A DNA stretch of 64,000 nt, taken from Fimicolochytrium jonesii. Lineage: Eukaryota. The stretch covers positions 248,001 to 312,000 of the forward strand of contig NW_026515687.1 of NCBI RefSeq assembly GCF_025526975.1, in the 5' to 3' direction. Below, piece by piece: positions 47,696 through 59,900 of this stretch. Below the pieces are notes generated by a model. It did not search any database. It saw only the letters and a program-made list of their open reading frames with translations, and was not told the DNA's origin. A program made the position numbers and the translations under genes. Position 1 is the first letter of the stretch. Each line of letters starts with the position of its first letter.

Positions 47696-50600
47696 ATGTT
47701 AAGCAGTGATTCGACCGTTATTGAGGGGGTGAACCATCCCTCATTCTCAAGATTCTTCGAAGCACCTTTCTCAGATCGCATACCTTTCCAAAATGGGCCA
47801 GAGATCTCCTTCAATGGCGAGGTGTCGACCTTCCTTGCGATCCCTATCAAGCGTAATGATCGCTTGCTCTCCGCCAATGCGGGTGAATCTCCCTCTGGAG
47901 GGAGCTTCATGTCATTGTTGAAGGCAAAGAATAAGTCACCTGTCCCAGGCGGCTCCATTGGGGGACTGAAGCCATCCTCGATGAGGTTTCTCGACTTCAA
48001 GCGGGCTTTGCTTCCATCAATGCTCATGGCTGTGCGGAATATGCAGCCACATGGGGTATCAGAAAAAGACGGGGACAACGCATCGGAGGCTGATGGGGGG
48101 TACGGGAGCTATCGTAGCTCTAGCAGTGTGACGGAAGTTGCGGAGCTGCATACAGACCCTACGGCGCAACCGTCCGCGATGCTGGCAGACATGGAGAATG
48201 CTCTTGCGAATGGTAGCTCAGATTCCGACTCGGGAATCGACCGAACTGAGTTAGAAAAAGCGGAGGAACGGATAAGAGTTCAGCTGCTTCAGGCGACGGG
48301 ATTACTGCTTCCGACGGATTCCCAGTGGTACTTGCTGAATGAACTACGAATTCATGCCGGCGCACCTGAGCGATCTGAAGCCGGTATTGAGCGACTATCC
48401 CAGTAAGTGCATTGTCAGTCCTATTATATTATGGTAGACCAGTATCCAACTAATGTGCTCAGTTACTATGCGCAACTTCTGTATCTAGAACCCAAATTTC
48501 CATTTGAAACGGATGAGGTGTGTACGAAACTGCTTAATCTGCGGGCGACTGGCGCCCTGACTTATGTTACTAGATCCGCATGAACTTCAACTGGTATGAG
48601 GCGTTCTTCCCCGGACGAAGAGGTCAGTAGAACTCTATCGTTGAAGTGCTGAATGGGAACTTCCACTGACAGACGGATTGCAGTGATCACCAATTGCATA
48701 CAATTCGAGAAGGCCTCGGTCCTTTTCAACATCGCCGCTGTCTATACGTCTCTGGCTCTCTCACAAAGCTTATGGACGCCAGATGGGAAGCGGAAAGCTG
48801 CCAAACACTTCCAAGTGCGTGCAGTAGATCTGCACTGTCCATCCTTCACATTGGCGCTGATCTCAATATCCATCAACTAGAAAGGGGCCGGTGTCTTGTT
48901 CCACATCCGAGATCGCCTATGTGCCCGTTTCAAACCAAAATTGGACAAGCAGAGTGACCTAAGCGAAGTCACCCTTACAGCAGCCGCGGAATTGATGCTG
49001 GCTCAGGCTATGGAGTGCTTCTATGAGAAGGCAACCGACAGTAAGTAAGGATGAAGGTATTTCGTAAACTTGTTCTGTCAGTCAGATTGATGGACAGAAA
49101 ACATCCAAATTTGGCAGCTAAGGCGAGTTCAGGTGTAACTGCCAAGATCGCGGCACAAACAGCAGACTACTATGAAGTGGCATCTCGTGCGGCGAGGCTG
49201 TCTACCGGGAACTACAAAATGCGATTCCCGGAGGTACGTAGCTGCTATGATTGACACTTGGTTCACGACTTGCGGCTCATTACTCCAAACAGACATGGGC
49301 CCAGCACATCAAATCAAAGACGCAGATGTTTTCCGCCATCGCCCATATGCACACAGCGCCAGAGTCCGCTGCTGAAGCCGCCGTCGGCGAAAGGATTACC
49401 CGCGTCTCGATTGCAAAGGAGTTGATTGAGCAGGCTGCCAAGCATAGCAAGGACGTTGGGGGAGCTTTGCATGAGTTGATCCAGGTTTGGTACCCTCAAA
49501 GAGCTTTGCCGACATAGTGGGGCCTTGGTCTTGACCGTCTCTCCTGACAGGGCCATGCAAAAATCATAGGCACCGCCCACTCATTCCTCGTCCATGCCAA
49601 CTTTGAGCGGCATCACCACCCCACTTTCGATCATCGGCTGCTGCCACCGCTGAAGCGACCTCAAGATTCGTTGGTGAACCCGACACCACTGGAAGAATCG
49701 ATCGCGGATCCACGAAACTTCCCGGACTTGTTCCATGCCATCATGTCGCCTACCAACCATACTGGCATCAAAGCCATCTTGGCGGACTGCAAGCAGAAGA
49801 TCGAGTCTGGGCGGTCGGAGTTGCTGAGCTGCGTTGTCGATATCGATTGGTATGTGCATCCCAGCATTTGGCACCACCCGCCATGATGGATCTCACACGC
49901 CCCAACAGCAAACTGGCATCACTGGGTCTTTCAGTCCCACAACCACTCTCACCTGGCGAGGAGGCAAAATCAGCATCGCCGACGGGTGCGGAGCCGATGA
50001 CAACGCAAGGTCTTCAGAACCGCGCTATGATCTTAGTTGAGGAGATTCGCACAACAACAAACGAGGAAGATGCATTCACGAGCGCGGAAATGATGGAATG
50101 TCTTGACAGTCTTGTTCGCATAGCTGGAGACAACATCAAAGAGGTGAGAAGAAGCTTTGCGGTAATTCTGGCGCCTCAGACACGCATGGCTCACTAACCC
50201 TTACATCGTAGTCGTTCGAGATTCTGAACAATCAGCCGGCATCGACTGCATCTCCGCATGTCGTCAACGTACGAGCAGCCGCAACAAAGTACAATTCCGG
50301 TGTAATGGAAATGACCGCGCAGCTTGCTGATTTGAAAAGGAAGTGGGATGCTGGTGTTGCCGACATAGCCGCCTACTCAGAGGTTCGTGCAACAACGCAC
50401 AAGGGAACCAACTCCTCAACGTCATACTCATGTGCAACTTCATAGGAGGACATCGAAACAGTCCTGCAAATCAACACCTCCGGCTACCTCCAAGCCCGCA
50501 ACCCCCTCGCCCATCTCGAATCCGCCCGCCGCGAACGCGACATCCTCCTCCGCAAAATCGACGCTCTCCGAAACGTATGCGACGACCACATCAATGAGAT

Positions 50601-53600
50601 CGAAAAGCTGGAACGCGCAGATGAGGCCAGCGCGACATCCACTTCCGTGGGCATCGATGTGCACTCCGCCATCCAGGCTCGCCATGAACAGCTTCGCATG
50701 GTCGAAGATGCGCTGAAGGCTGTGCAGAAGGATAAAGAAGGGCTCTTGAATCGGCTGGAGCATCTCAGCAGGGTTCTGCAGTCTACATCTGGGGGAAAAG
50801 GGGAGGCGCAGACGCGGCAGATTGTGGAGAAGCTGTTGAATTCTATGGGGCGATACAGGGAATGGCGACTTCGACTTGAGGACTGCGTCGGGAAAGGCTT
50901 GAAGACTCGGGAGGAGTCGTGTCGCCTGCTTGTCCGCTGCTTGCGGCTTCCCAAAACGCCTGCTCCCGGGGAAGATGGTGGCGACGGTCCTGCTGACAGC
51001 GGAGATGTCCCTGCCAAACATATCGCGGATCCTCCAGTCGGTGCTTCAAGAGATCCGCTACTCCTGCAGCTTGCGTTCGAGGATGCTCTAAAGCCCCTGC
51101 ATTCCTCTTTGGCCGTGCCCATTGAGAGTTCAAAGAGTCCCAAACCAGGTAAGTGCATCACTGGCGCATGGTGCTTCTCAACACCGGAATCCCGGCTGAA
51201 CAGTCCGTTTCACAGGCCATGCGGTACCGCCATACAACCCTGACGTCGTCGAGATGTCCAGCACCGGCCGCCTTTCTCAGCTCCGTAGCGCTTTAGCATC
51301 GTCCGGCATTTCTCCCACGGGCCAGATGCAACGAAAAGACATCGAAAAGGTGACATTCCCCGAAATCGAGCAGCCCGAAGTGCTCATGGCCGGCATCGAC
51401 ACACGCGGTGGCGAAGATGCATGGAAAAACCTCCTTGACGCGGAACGAGAGCGCGTGACGAAGCTCTTGATCGATAAGGCCGACAGCGACCTTCGTCTGA
51501 GCAGACTAGAAGAAGAACTCCAACATCAAGCGATTCAGAACGCCGAGGCAAAGGCAAAGAGGGACGAGGAGGCCCGCGAGACATTGCGAAATGTGCCCAT
51601 CAGCAATGCGCCTTATCATCCATTGAACGCAGTGCAACGAGACAAATCCAGTGTTTCACCCATAAAGCGAAAGCCAGCCCACCCGTCCGGCAGCCGCCCC
51701 AATCCCGCATCGGATGCTAAAGGGAAGAAACCCGCCGGTCCGGCGCGATCGTTCTCCGCGGCCGCTGTAGGCGCGGATAGGATACGTCAGCTTCTGCGAT
51801 TTGTGGGGCGGAAGAAGGACGGCTCGGGAACTAGTCCGAACCTGGATCCCACGTCGCGCAAGTCGAGCTATGCGACGGCGTACGACGGCCCACCGGGTGG
51901 TCGGATCTTCAGTTCTGCATCTCGGCTTGCGGAGCCGCCGATGCGCGGCCATGGGCCCCTTCCACAGCCGCCAGTGCAAACAAGGCAAGCGCCTGCCGTA
52001 AGCGAGAATGTGCACTTCGAAGCAACTCTGCAGGTACCGAAACCCGCATCGTTGGGTCCTTCACAAGCATCGCTTGCGCCTTCTCAAAGGTCAGTGGTAG
52101 AGCATGCCAGTGAAGACGAGCATATCTCCCGACAATTGCTCGCGGAACTGAAGCTGGAGGACTACGATGTCATTCAATCGCCGGAGAGAGACATGACCGA
52201 GATGTTGCCGATCGCCACTCCTGATGCAGATCTCCCTACGCGCATGGACGACATTTACACCCAAATTCGAGCCTTGATGCTTTCTCAAGATGCGCTGCGA
52301 ACGCAGAAGGCGAATGATATGAGGGAAGCTCTTACGACCATTCTCGAAAGCTACAATCTTCGCATTGGGGGTGTAGAGGACAATGTAGGACACTGGACCA
52401 AGGCGAAGCTGGAGGATGCTCGGAATCGGCTGACGGATGCGTTGGAGCGGGTTGAGAGGGAGGAGAAGAGAAAGCTCGACGAGGAGCGGTTGGCGCGAGG
52501 CACCGACAAGTTGCGTGAGCAAATGTACCAGAGGGAAAAATCCCGACGGGAGCAGCGCGAGCAGGAGGCCGATCGTAGACGAGCTGAACAGCGCGCCTTC
52601 GAGAAGCATTTCCGCCAGATGGTGGAGGAAGAGGAAAGGCAAGCTGAGAAAGTCAGGAAGGACTCGTATTTTGTCCCGCGGGATGCTTCGTACACAGCAG
52701 GTCGGCTGAGCAAGGATGACGACCCGGATGCGCGTGGACCGAAAGATGCATCGAGAAGAAAGAAAGGAGAAAAAAATCAGGCTCGGGATGCGGAGTCCAC
52801 CTCCAAGTCCAAGGATAAAGGAAAAGGACGAGCAGATGCGCACCGGTCTCCGCCGCCCGCCGGACGCATTACGGAGTGGGTGGAAGAGCAGCGTCGGATG
52901 TCGCAAAGCAGTGCCTCGGGATCAGGCGAAGCGAGTGGAGCACATGCAGGTCACCCTGATGAAGGAGTTGCTGGGCTGGCCGGTCCGAGCACAAGCTACC
53001 ACAAGGCACAGATACGAGCCCGCGTAGAAGGTGTTCGTGACCGCGGCGATACTTCCAACTACGAGCGAATCGCGTCTGCGGCTGCGGCTGCTGCCGCTGC
53101 AGGCGTTTCTGTGGCATTTCGAATGGGCGATGAAACGGATGACGGCTATGCTAAAGGCGGGACCAAATCGCAACAGCCAGCGCAACCAGGTCGTGGCATT
53201 TCTAGACGTGATCCAGTGGGCAACGTCAGCTTCGATTTGCAGCCGGCTCATGCAGAGCAAAGCGCAGTGCCACCACAACATTCTATCCGGCGCAAACCTT
53301 CAACCAGCTTTCCGATGCCGCACCATCCAATCCAACACCCTCACCCGATCGAAGCAGCCTATGCCGACCTCCAAGATCCCTACGAGTATCATGCTTATGA
53401 GGATGGACACGGCCCAGCTACTGCGGCAGAGCCTTTCCCCCGGTACAGCGGGCACGGTCGTGAGTCCGACCGTCGTAGGAAAGGTACGAATGAGACACAG
53501 AGAATGTATAAATGTCTAGCATACCCCGACTAAGTCTCTTCTCTCCTGTTTGCAGCGCATGACCCCAGGGGTGACCTGGGAGGATTCAAGCTGGAGAACG

Positions 53601-53671
53601 ACGAAGTAGCAAAGGATTTCGTCACTGATCGAGTCGCTTCTTTCGAAAGAACTCGGAAAGGCCCCGGTTGA
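47696..53671 (+). CDS. BRO1-domain protein with coiled-coil and long disordered C-terminus
   Basis: Multi-exon. BRO1 motifs YYAQLLYLEPKFP, FNWYEAF, FEKASVLFNIAA, KHFQ|KGAG, LMLAQAMECFYEKA, AKIAAQTADYY. Continuity to 53671 inferred from GT-AG junctions, not every phase checked. Confidence 0.7.
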
Positions 53672-54340
53672 GGATTGTCCCGTGAGTACTAATGGATCCT
53701 CTGTATTATGTATACTCCATATCCCATATCCTTATCCTCAATCAGTCATAATTATCGTTATCCTCAAACCCCCAATATGCCATGATCTAATATCTTATAT
53801 CTCTCGTATAATAATCATCATAAATTTTTGCGCTTCACCCTCACGAGTGTACACCAGGGTCCTAACGACGACACCGGAGAGGCACCACTAAAGGGGCAAT
53901 GCGCAAAGGTTGTGTGGACTCTGAAGGGAACAGGAAACTTCCGCGGAGCGGAGATCTGGCTTAGGTAAGGATGTGAAACGCGCGAAATTTCGGTGAAACA
54001 GCGTTTGATGTTGATCGACACCTCCTGTCAGTCGCTACGCACAATGGAAGAGCAGACAGACACTGCTCGTCCAGGTTTCAACCCCCACGTCACCCACCCA
54101 TCTGCCGACGGGAAAGTATAATACGTACGAGTGGGCAACTCCTGTCAGAAGGAGAACGCTTGCTGGCGTGGGCGGTTTTGAGTTCTTTTTGCGATATGCC
54201 CCTCTCCGGCATCACACATCCCGCGGAGCACACTTGCGCTCAGCGTCGCATCCATGGGCGAAGCTGCTCCGGGCGCACGAGGGGGACGCTATCGAGCCTA
54301 AGAAAAATGGGACCACGTTGGAGTATGGGATGCCGATTTG

Positions 54341-54347
54341 TATAAAA
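54341..54347 (+). promoter_or_regulatory. Possible TATA box of the Egh16-like gene
   Basis: tataaaa about 100 nt upstream of ATG 54441. Confidence 0.4.
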
Positions 54348-54440
54348 GGGGGGCAGGTTTGCGTCTACCCTTCACCGTCATCACTCATCTGCTGAACACT
54401 CTCTCTCGCATCAAACCAAACCCCCCGCAAGGTCAACAAC

Positions 54441-55301
54441 ATGCAAATCGTCGCTCTCGCCACTATCCTGTCTGCCTGCGTCGCACAGGTCGTCGCTCAC
54501 GGCAAGCTGACCTCCCCTCTCGGCTTGAACGTCAACCCCGCGGTCGCCCTCGACAGCCAGAGAGACGTCGCTCTCGGTGTTTCCAAGAGGAATGCATGTG
54601 GACGTGTCCTCGGCGGCGGGGCAAATGCCATTGACCGCACCGACACCACGCCCCGTGCCACTTTCCAAGCCGGCTCTTCAGCGGATATCGTCTACCGCAT
54701 CGTCAACCAAGATGGTGCTGGCCCGTTGACGGTCTCGTTTTCTCCCGACAACGGTCAGACATGGACGGACGCCGAAGTCACAACAAACGCCCCCGGTCGT
54801 GGTGGAATTAACCTTGCCAACCTCCGAGGTGGTGCGGATGCCACCGTCACTTTCAACGTTCCCAACATGGAATGCCCCGAAGGATCTTGCTTGATGCAAG
54901 TGAGGAATCCCATCTCTTTCGGATCTTGCGCTCCCGTCGCCGTCGGTGCTGCGCTCACAAACAACATCGTGAAGGACTTTGCCAACTCCGGAGGTGCGGC
55001 AGCACCTGCTGCTGCTGCAAAGGGTGCTGGAAGGGGGAGGAAGGCTGGTGCCGGTGCTGCTCGTGCCGGTGGTGCTCGTACCGGTGCTGCGGGTGCCGCT
55101 GCGCCCGCTGGCGGAAATGCAGGTGGTATTGCGGCCAGGATCAAGGCGATTGCGGCAAAGGCGAACGGCGGAGCTGCTGGTGCTGGTGCTGCCGGAGCCG
55201 GTGCTGCAAAGAAAGCGGCGGGAGCAGCCGGAGGATTGAGGGCTAAACTCGCAGGGGCGAGGAAGGCCGGTGGCGCGAAAGCCAAACAGGCGGCGGCTTA
55301 A
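54441..55301 (+). CDS. Secreted Egh16/GAS1-like (DUF3129) protein with Ala/Gly/Lys-rich tail
   Basis: Signal peptide ending VVA-H. Signature VNQDGAGP, VTTNAPG, C..G.C.MQVRN...FGSC. Confidence 0.7.
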   Translation: MQIVALATILSACVAQVVAHGKLTSPLGLNVNPAVALDSQRDVALGVSKRNACGRVLGGGANAIDRTDTTPRATFQAGSSADIVYRIVNQDGAGPLTVSFSPDNGQTWTDAEVTTNAPGRGGINLANLRGGADATVTFNVPNMECPEGSCLMQVRNPISFGSCAPVAVGAALTNNIVKDFANSGGAAAPAAAAKGAGRGRKAGAGAARAGGARTGAAGAAAPAGGNAGGIAARIKAIAAKANGGAAGAGAAGAGAAKKAAGAAGGLRAKLAGARKAGGAKAKQAAA

Positions 55302-55763
55302 AGGCAAGGCCCTCATCTGATCGCAACTCCGACTCTTCTCTGTGGATAGTTTTGGTTCCATTGTAAATTAGCAGTCTTCGCTTGTAAATAGACGCTCAGC
55401 TTGAGCTGTAGCTCGCATGTAAATATCAAAGACACATGTATAGAAGTACTTCGACTCCCTGAACTCCCTTCTATGATGGCTGTTGTGAACGTGGCTGTTC
55501 CGAGAGGTCTTTCTGACAGGCCGTCAGTCTACAGTCGAGTGTCCAAACTCGGTGCCTGGTCATGACGTACAAGAACGCGAACTTCACGCGAGGCTTTGCC
55601 ACACTGGATATTTCTTCCCGTCGCTCCCGTCGAGTTTCTCCGCCAATACGGTCCATAAAAGATGGGCGGTTCCGCAGATAGAAAACATTCAGCAAATCGT
55701 AGACTCGCCCTAGATTTAGCCAAAGAGAACGACAAGTCCAGTTGATGAGAGCATCCATACGAC

Positions 55764-56874
55764 ATGGAAAAATACCCTCAACTACACTTTCACCAAAGAG
55801 CAACACAACCAGGCATGCCTACCCAGTCGACAATCAAGCGAGAGCGGTCCCTGTCGTCCTCCTCGCAGGACAGGAACGAGCCGCAGAAGAAAGTCAAGGT
55901 TGAAGAATCTGTGACTTTAGACTGTAAAGATGAGACATCCGCAGATCCAGCAAGCGCAACGTCGAAGCTGGCAGTGGAGACTGGATTCTCCATCGCACGA
56001 CGACCAAAGACCGAGACGAAGCTGTCTCCAGTGAACCACGAAGCCAATGCTACTCCCACAGTGAAGGACCTGCTCCCAACAGCTACCCTCCCGCCGGCGA
56101 TCGACGTGACGCCCGGCATCAACCTAGAGAACAAGCAAGTGATCCAAAAGTCGCCCGGATTGGATTTGGTGTACTACAAGCATTTCGTCAGGACGCCCAC
56201 ATCGACGCGGTTCATGAAATGGTGCTTGGAGGAACTGAACTGGTACCGCGTGCAGTACAAGACTAGGGGGATGCAGGTGTGTGACTTGCGTACGAGACCG
56301 GGACAAACGATGTCGTCGAAACTGAGCATTAGACTTTTGGCAGATAACAACACCGCGATTTACGACCGTCTTTGGGATCGACGAGACTCATTCGCCTGCG
56401 TCAACGTACAATATGCCACCCCGGCCGATTCCAGAACCGCTGCAGATCCTCAAAGCGCATGTGGAGAAAGTCACTGGGGCCAAGTTCAACTTCACCCTCT
56501 TGAACTATTATCAGGATGGAAAGGATTCCATAACCTACCACTCCGATGACGAATCCTTCCTCGGCAAGAATCCCACTATCGCATCGCTGACCCTGGGAGG
56601 CTGTAGAGATTTTCTGATGAAGAACAAAGTGGATGCCTCCAAAAAGGAGAAGTATTTCCTCGAAGATGGTGATCTGCTCGTGATGCAAGGCACTACGCAA
56701 TCCCAGTGGCTGCACGCGATACCTAAACGTGCTACAGCATTACCGCGGATCAATATCACGTTTCGGAAGGCGATCAATGTTGCGGGTACGAAGAACTACT
56801 ACAAATACAACGTTGGAGATGGAGGGATATACGCTTTCCGGAACGGGAAGATGGTGCAGAAAGAGACAGCGTGA
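55764..56874 (+). CDS. AlkB-family 2OG-Fe(II) dioxygenase (ALKBH2/3-like DNA repair)
   Basis: Intron 56277-56343. TPRFTT, LLNYYQDGKDSITYHSDDE, IASLTLG, WLHAIPKR, RINITFR. Start 55764 or 55815. Confidence 0.9.
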
Positions 56875-56917
56875 GGGTGGGGCGGGATGGATTGAACGCG
56901 TAGATAGTGGGGTCTCA

Positions 56918-59900
56918 TCAAGGATTTGCTTCATACGTCCGTACACATCCGTCGGCACCGCACGCGTAGATGGTGTTGTCGACCACTTCAGCTTGCATAA
57001 TTCCATAGGGCGTGAGTCCGGCTCGCTCGGAGGTTGGGGAGGTCTCTGGAGGTGGGGTGGGGCTATCGCGGATTGCGCTCCATGTGTGCTTCTCTTTGAA
57101 CGACTGCAGATCCCATAGCTATTGCGTAGGGGCGTTACAACATATGAGAAGCTCGTTTTTTTTTTTTGGAAAATTCAACCATAGAAACATGTACCTTGAC
57201 GTGGCCGCCCATGGACCCTGAAACTAGATTCCCATTTTCCACATCTATACAGAGAGTTTTGACGAGATGGTCGTGGCCGTGGAAACTGTCCAACAGCGCG
57301 CGTTGCCGCATATCGAAGATGTCTGGGAAACGTCGATTAGCAGCTAGTCACTGCAACCTATATATAATGGGAACATCACTCACATATGTCACCCTTCTTG
57401 GATCCGGAGAACAGAAGCTGGTGACGTGCCGAATACGCCACGCTGTAAGCCCCGCTTTCCGCAACAGTGAACGCTTTGAAAACAGATTGTGAGATTGAGT
57501 TGGGAAACAGAAGTTCTCCGCCATCTCCTATAGACTTACCTCCCACACGAGCTTTCGAAGCGGGTAGAAGTGTGTCCCACAAGCACACGTTCCTAGAAAC
57601 ACTTTGATAAGTGACAACCTTAATGAAAGCCGGTGGCATGTACACGTACTGGTTGTTGGTGGAAACACCCGCAGAGGCAAGCAAAGTACTTGAGTTCAAG
57701 AACGTGAAATCGTTCGTGAACAACGAGTGACATCCGAGCACCATTGCCGGCGTCGACGCGTCGGCGCTAGCATCGAATCGCCAAAGGTACACGTCCCCTT
57801 TGGAGTCACTTCCTCCAAAGCGCGCACCGAAGGGGTCAAATCTGGTGCGAGTGAAACGGGCGGTTGTGCCGCTCGTGTAGGTCACCAACTCTTTGGCTTG
57901 CCCGAATTGGTACAGTTGCACCACTGCTGGTGTTGTTGGGGGATCGCTGATGCCCGCGAGATCTATGATCAAGGTGGATTGAGTTTGCATCCCGCGAGCT
58001 GTGGGTTCTGGGAGAGGAGAACTCACAGTAGTTGAGCGTTGGATGTGATGCTAATGATGAGACCCCGGGTACGGTGTGCCGTAACTGGCTCCCATTCAGA
58101 TCGGTGTTTGACGTTGCTAGGAAGGAAGGAGTCAAGGAACAAATATTTGCCCCAATAAAAGCTTTTGCCTACTCACACTCCTTTCTGAGATTCCGCATGC
58201 CTTTCTGCAGGGCTTTCTGCATCGAATCGAAGCTCAGGTTTCTGACCATCGACCCTCGCCTCATCGGGTTAGGAGCGCCAGCATCTGCGTCGTCGGTGCG
58301 TGACAGCCTCGGCCCTTCTAGGGAATTTCTGGCCGCCGTTTCCCGCAATGATATGTCATCAACCGTGGCCTGAATATCCGTGAAGGTGCCCCGGCGCTGA
58401 AAGGTCTCACTAGTTAGCTTGGATCTCCTGGGAGTCTGGGACGCGTACGGAGACATACTTGGAAGAACTGCCTTGCATTTGCAATGTCGACTTCGAGGAT
58501 ACCACGATGAGTTCCTATTGCCATTTGATTATGGTCAAGCTGCAGTCCAGTCAGTATACGTCTTATCTTTGGGCTCCACTGCGCTCACGATAATTGCAAG
58601 ATAATTTACCGGATTCATTGCGAAGGTGTGGATAATGTCCTTAGTCCGGTAAACGAGCTTGGGTTCACTCGTTGTTGGTTTCGCTTCCGTTTCTTCTGCA
58701 GGGGTTTGACCGAAGTCATCCAACTTATTGGCGGAATCCGCCGGCTTTGCAACTTCCTCGTCCCGCGCTTGCTTGACAAAGTGAAGCATCTTGCCGACAC
58801 TGACGGTTTTACGTATTGTATCCCATAGCCTCTTCTTTTCATCGGTATCCAAGTATTTCCGTACTTTTTCTGTGTAGTAGGGTCAGCCAGCGCCATATTC
58901 ACAAGTATAAGTAGCTACGGTGTCCATACCAGGTTTGATACCGCCCTTCTTCCACCGATTTGCAACCGGCCTCTGAAGGTCGAACAAGACGGTGCTCATC
59001 CGCGTTAGGATGCCCTCAACGAGAAAGCGATGCTCTTCATCCGACGCGGTATTGTTCCCTTTCCTCAACTGTGCAAGGTACGCCTGGAAAGTCAGAGCAA
59101 TGTGTTGGAAGAAGAGCACAACCATAAGCGAGTCCGCGATCGGATTGATATCCAAGGGCAGCTCCTGCTTTAAGAGACTGTCGCCTTCAAAGTCGTCTTC
59201 ATCGGGATCGGTGTCAACCCGTCTCAACGTGAGACCATCGTCATCTTCCCCGAATTCTGACTGCTTTGGAACCGGAATGTTCACAATGTCCATAAAGTCC
59301 GATCCGAGATCTCTCACTCTATTCGACAAAATCCCGTCGAAAATGCGATCGCAGCTGCCCATTAGGACATTCATCAGTGCATAATTGGAGGATCGCAGCG
59401 CACACAGGGCCATAGTGAGGTATGCTGTTATCGCAGCTTGGGATACGGCCTCGCGTTTGATGTCCGGGACGCTTTCCGATTGCACGCGTTCGAACCACCG
59501 GGTCAAGAATAACAGCAGTTGCCTTGACAAGGACTCTGTGAAGCCCGGAACCCGGGCGTCCACTTTGAATCCATCGCCGAAAGCCAGCTTGGCCACCACA
59601 TTGCTCTTCTCTAGCAGAAAGAGCTCCACAATGGAGCCGTAGTCTTGGAGTGTGCCGCGGAGAGGTATGATTGCGCCATACGCGACGATGGCGTCCATCT
59701 CCCGACATCTTGACGTTAGAACTTGGTCCATGACATCAACGGGCATCTGCACAATCTCGAGCAGAGTTTGGATCCCCTTGACGAGCAAAATCGTGTAGTC
59801 TCGGAAGGTCGATTCAACAGAGAGGATATGTCGATTGCGAGAGACGATCGTTACGGATTTGTACACTGCCTGGACTATGCGCATGGCGAGGATCCATTTG

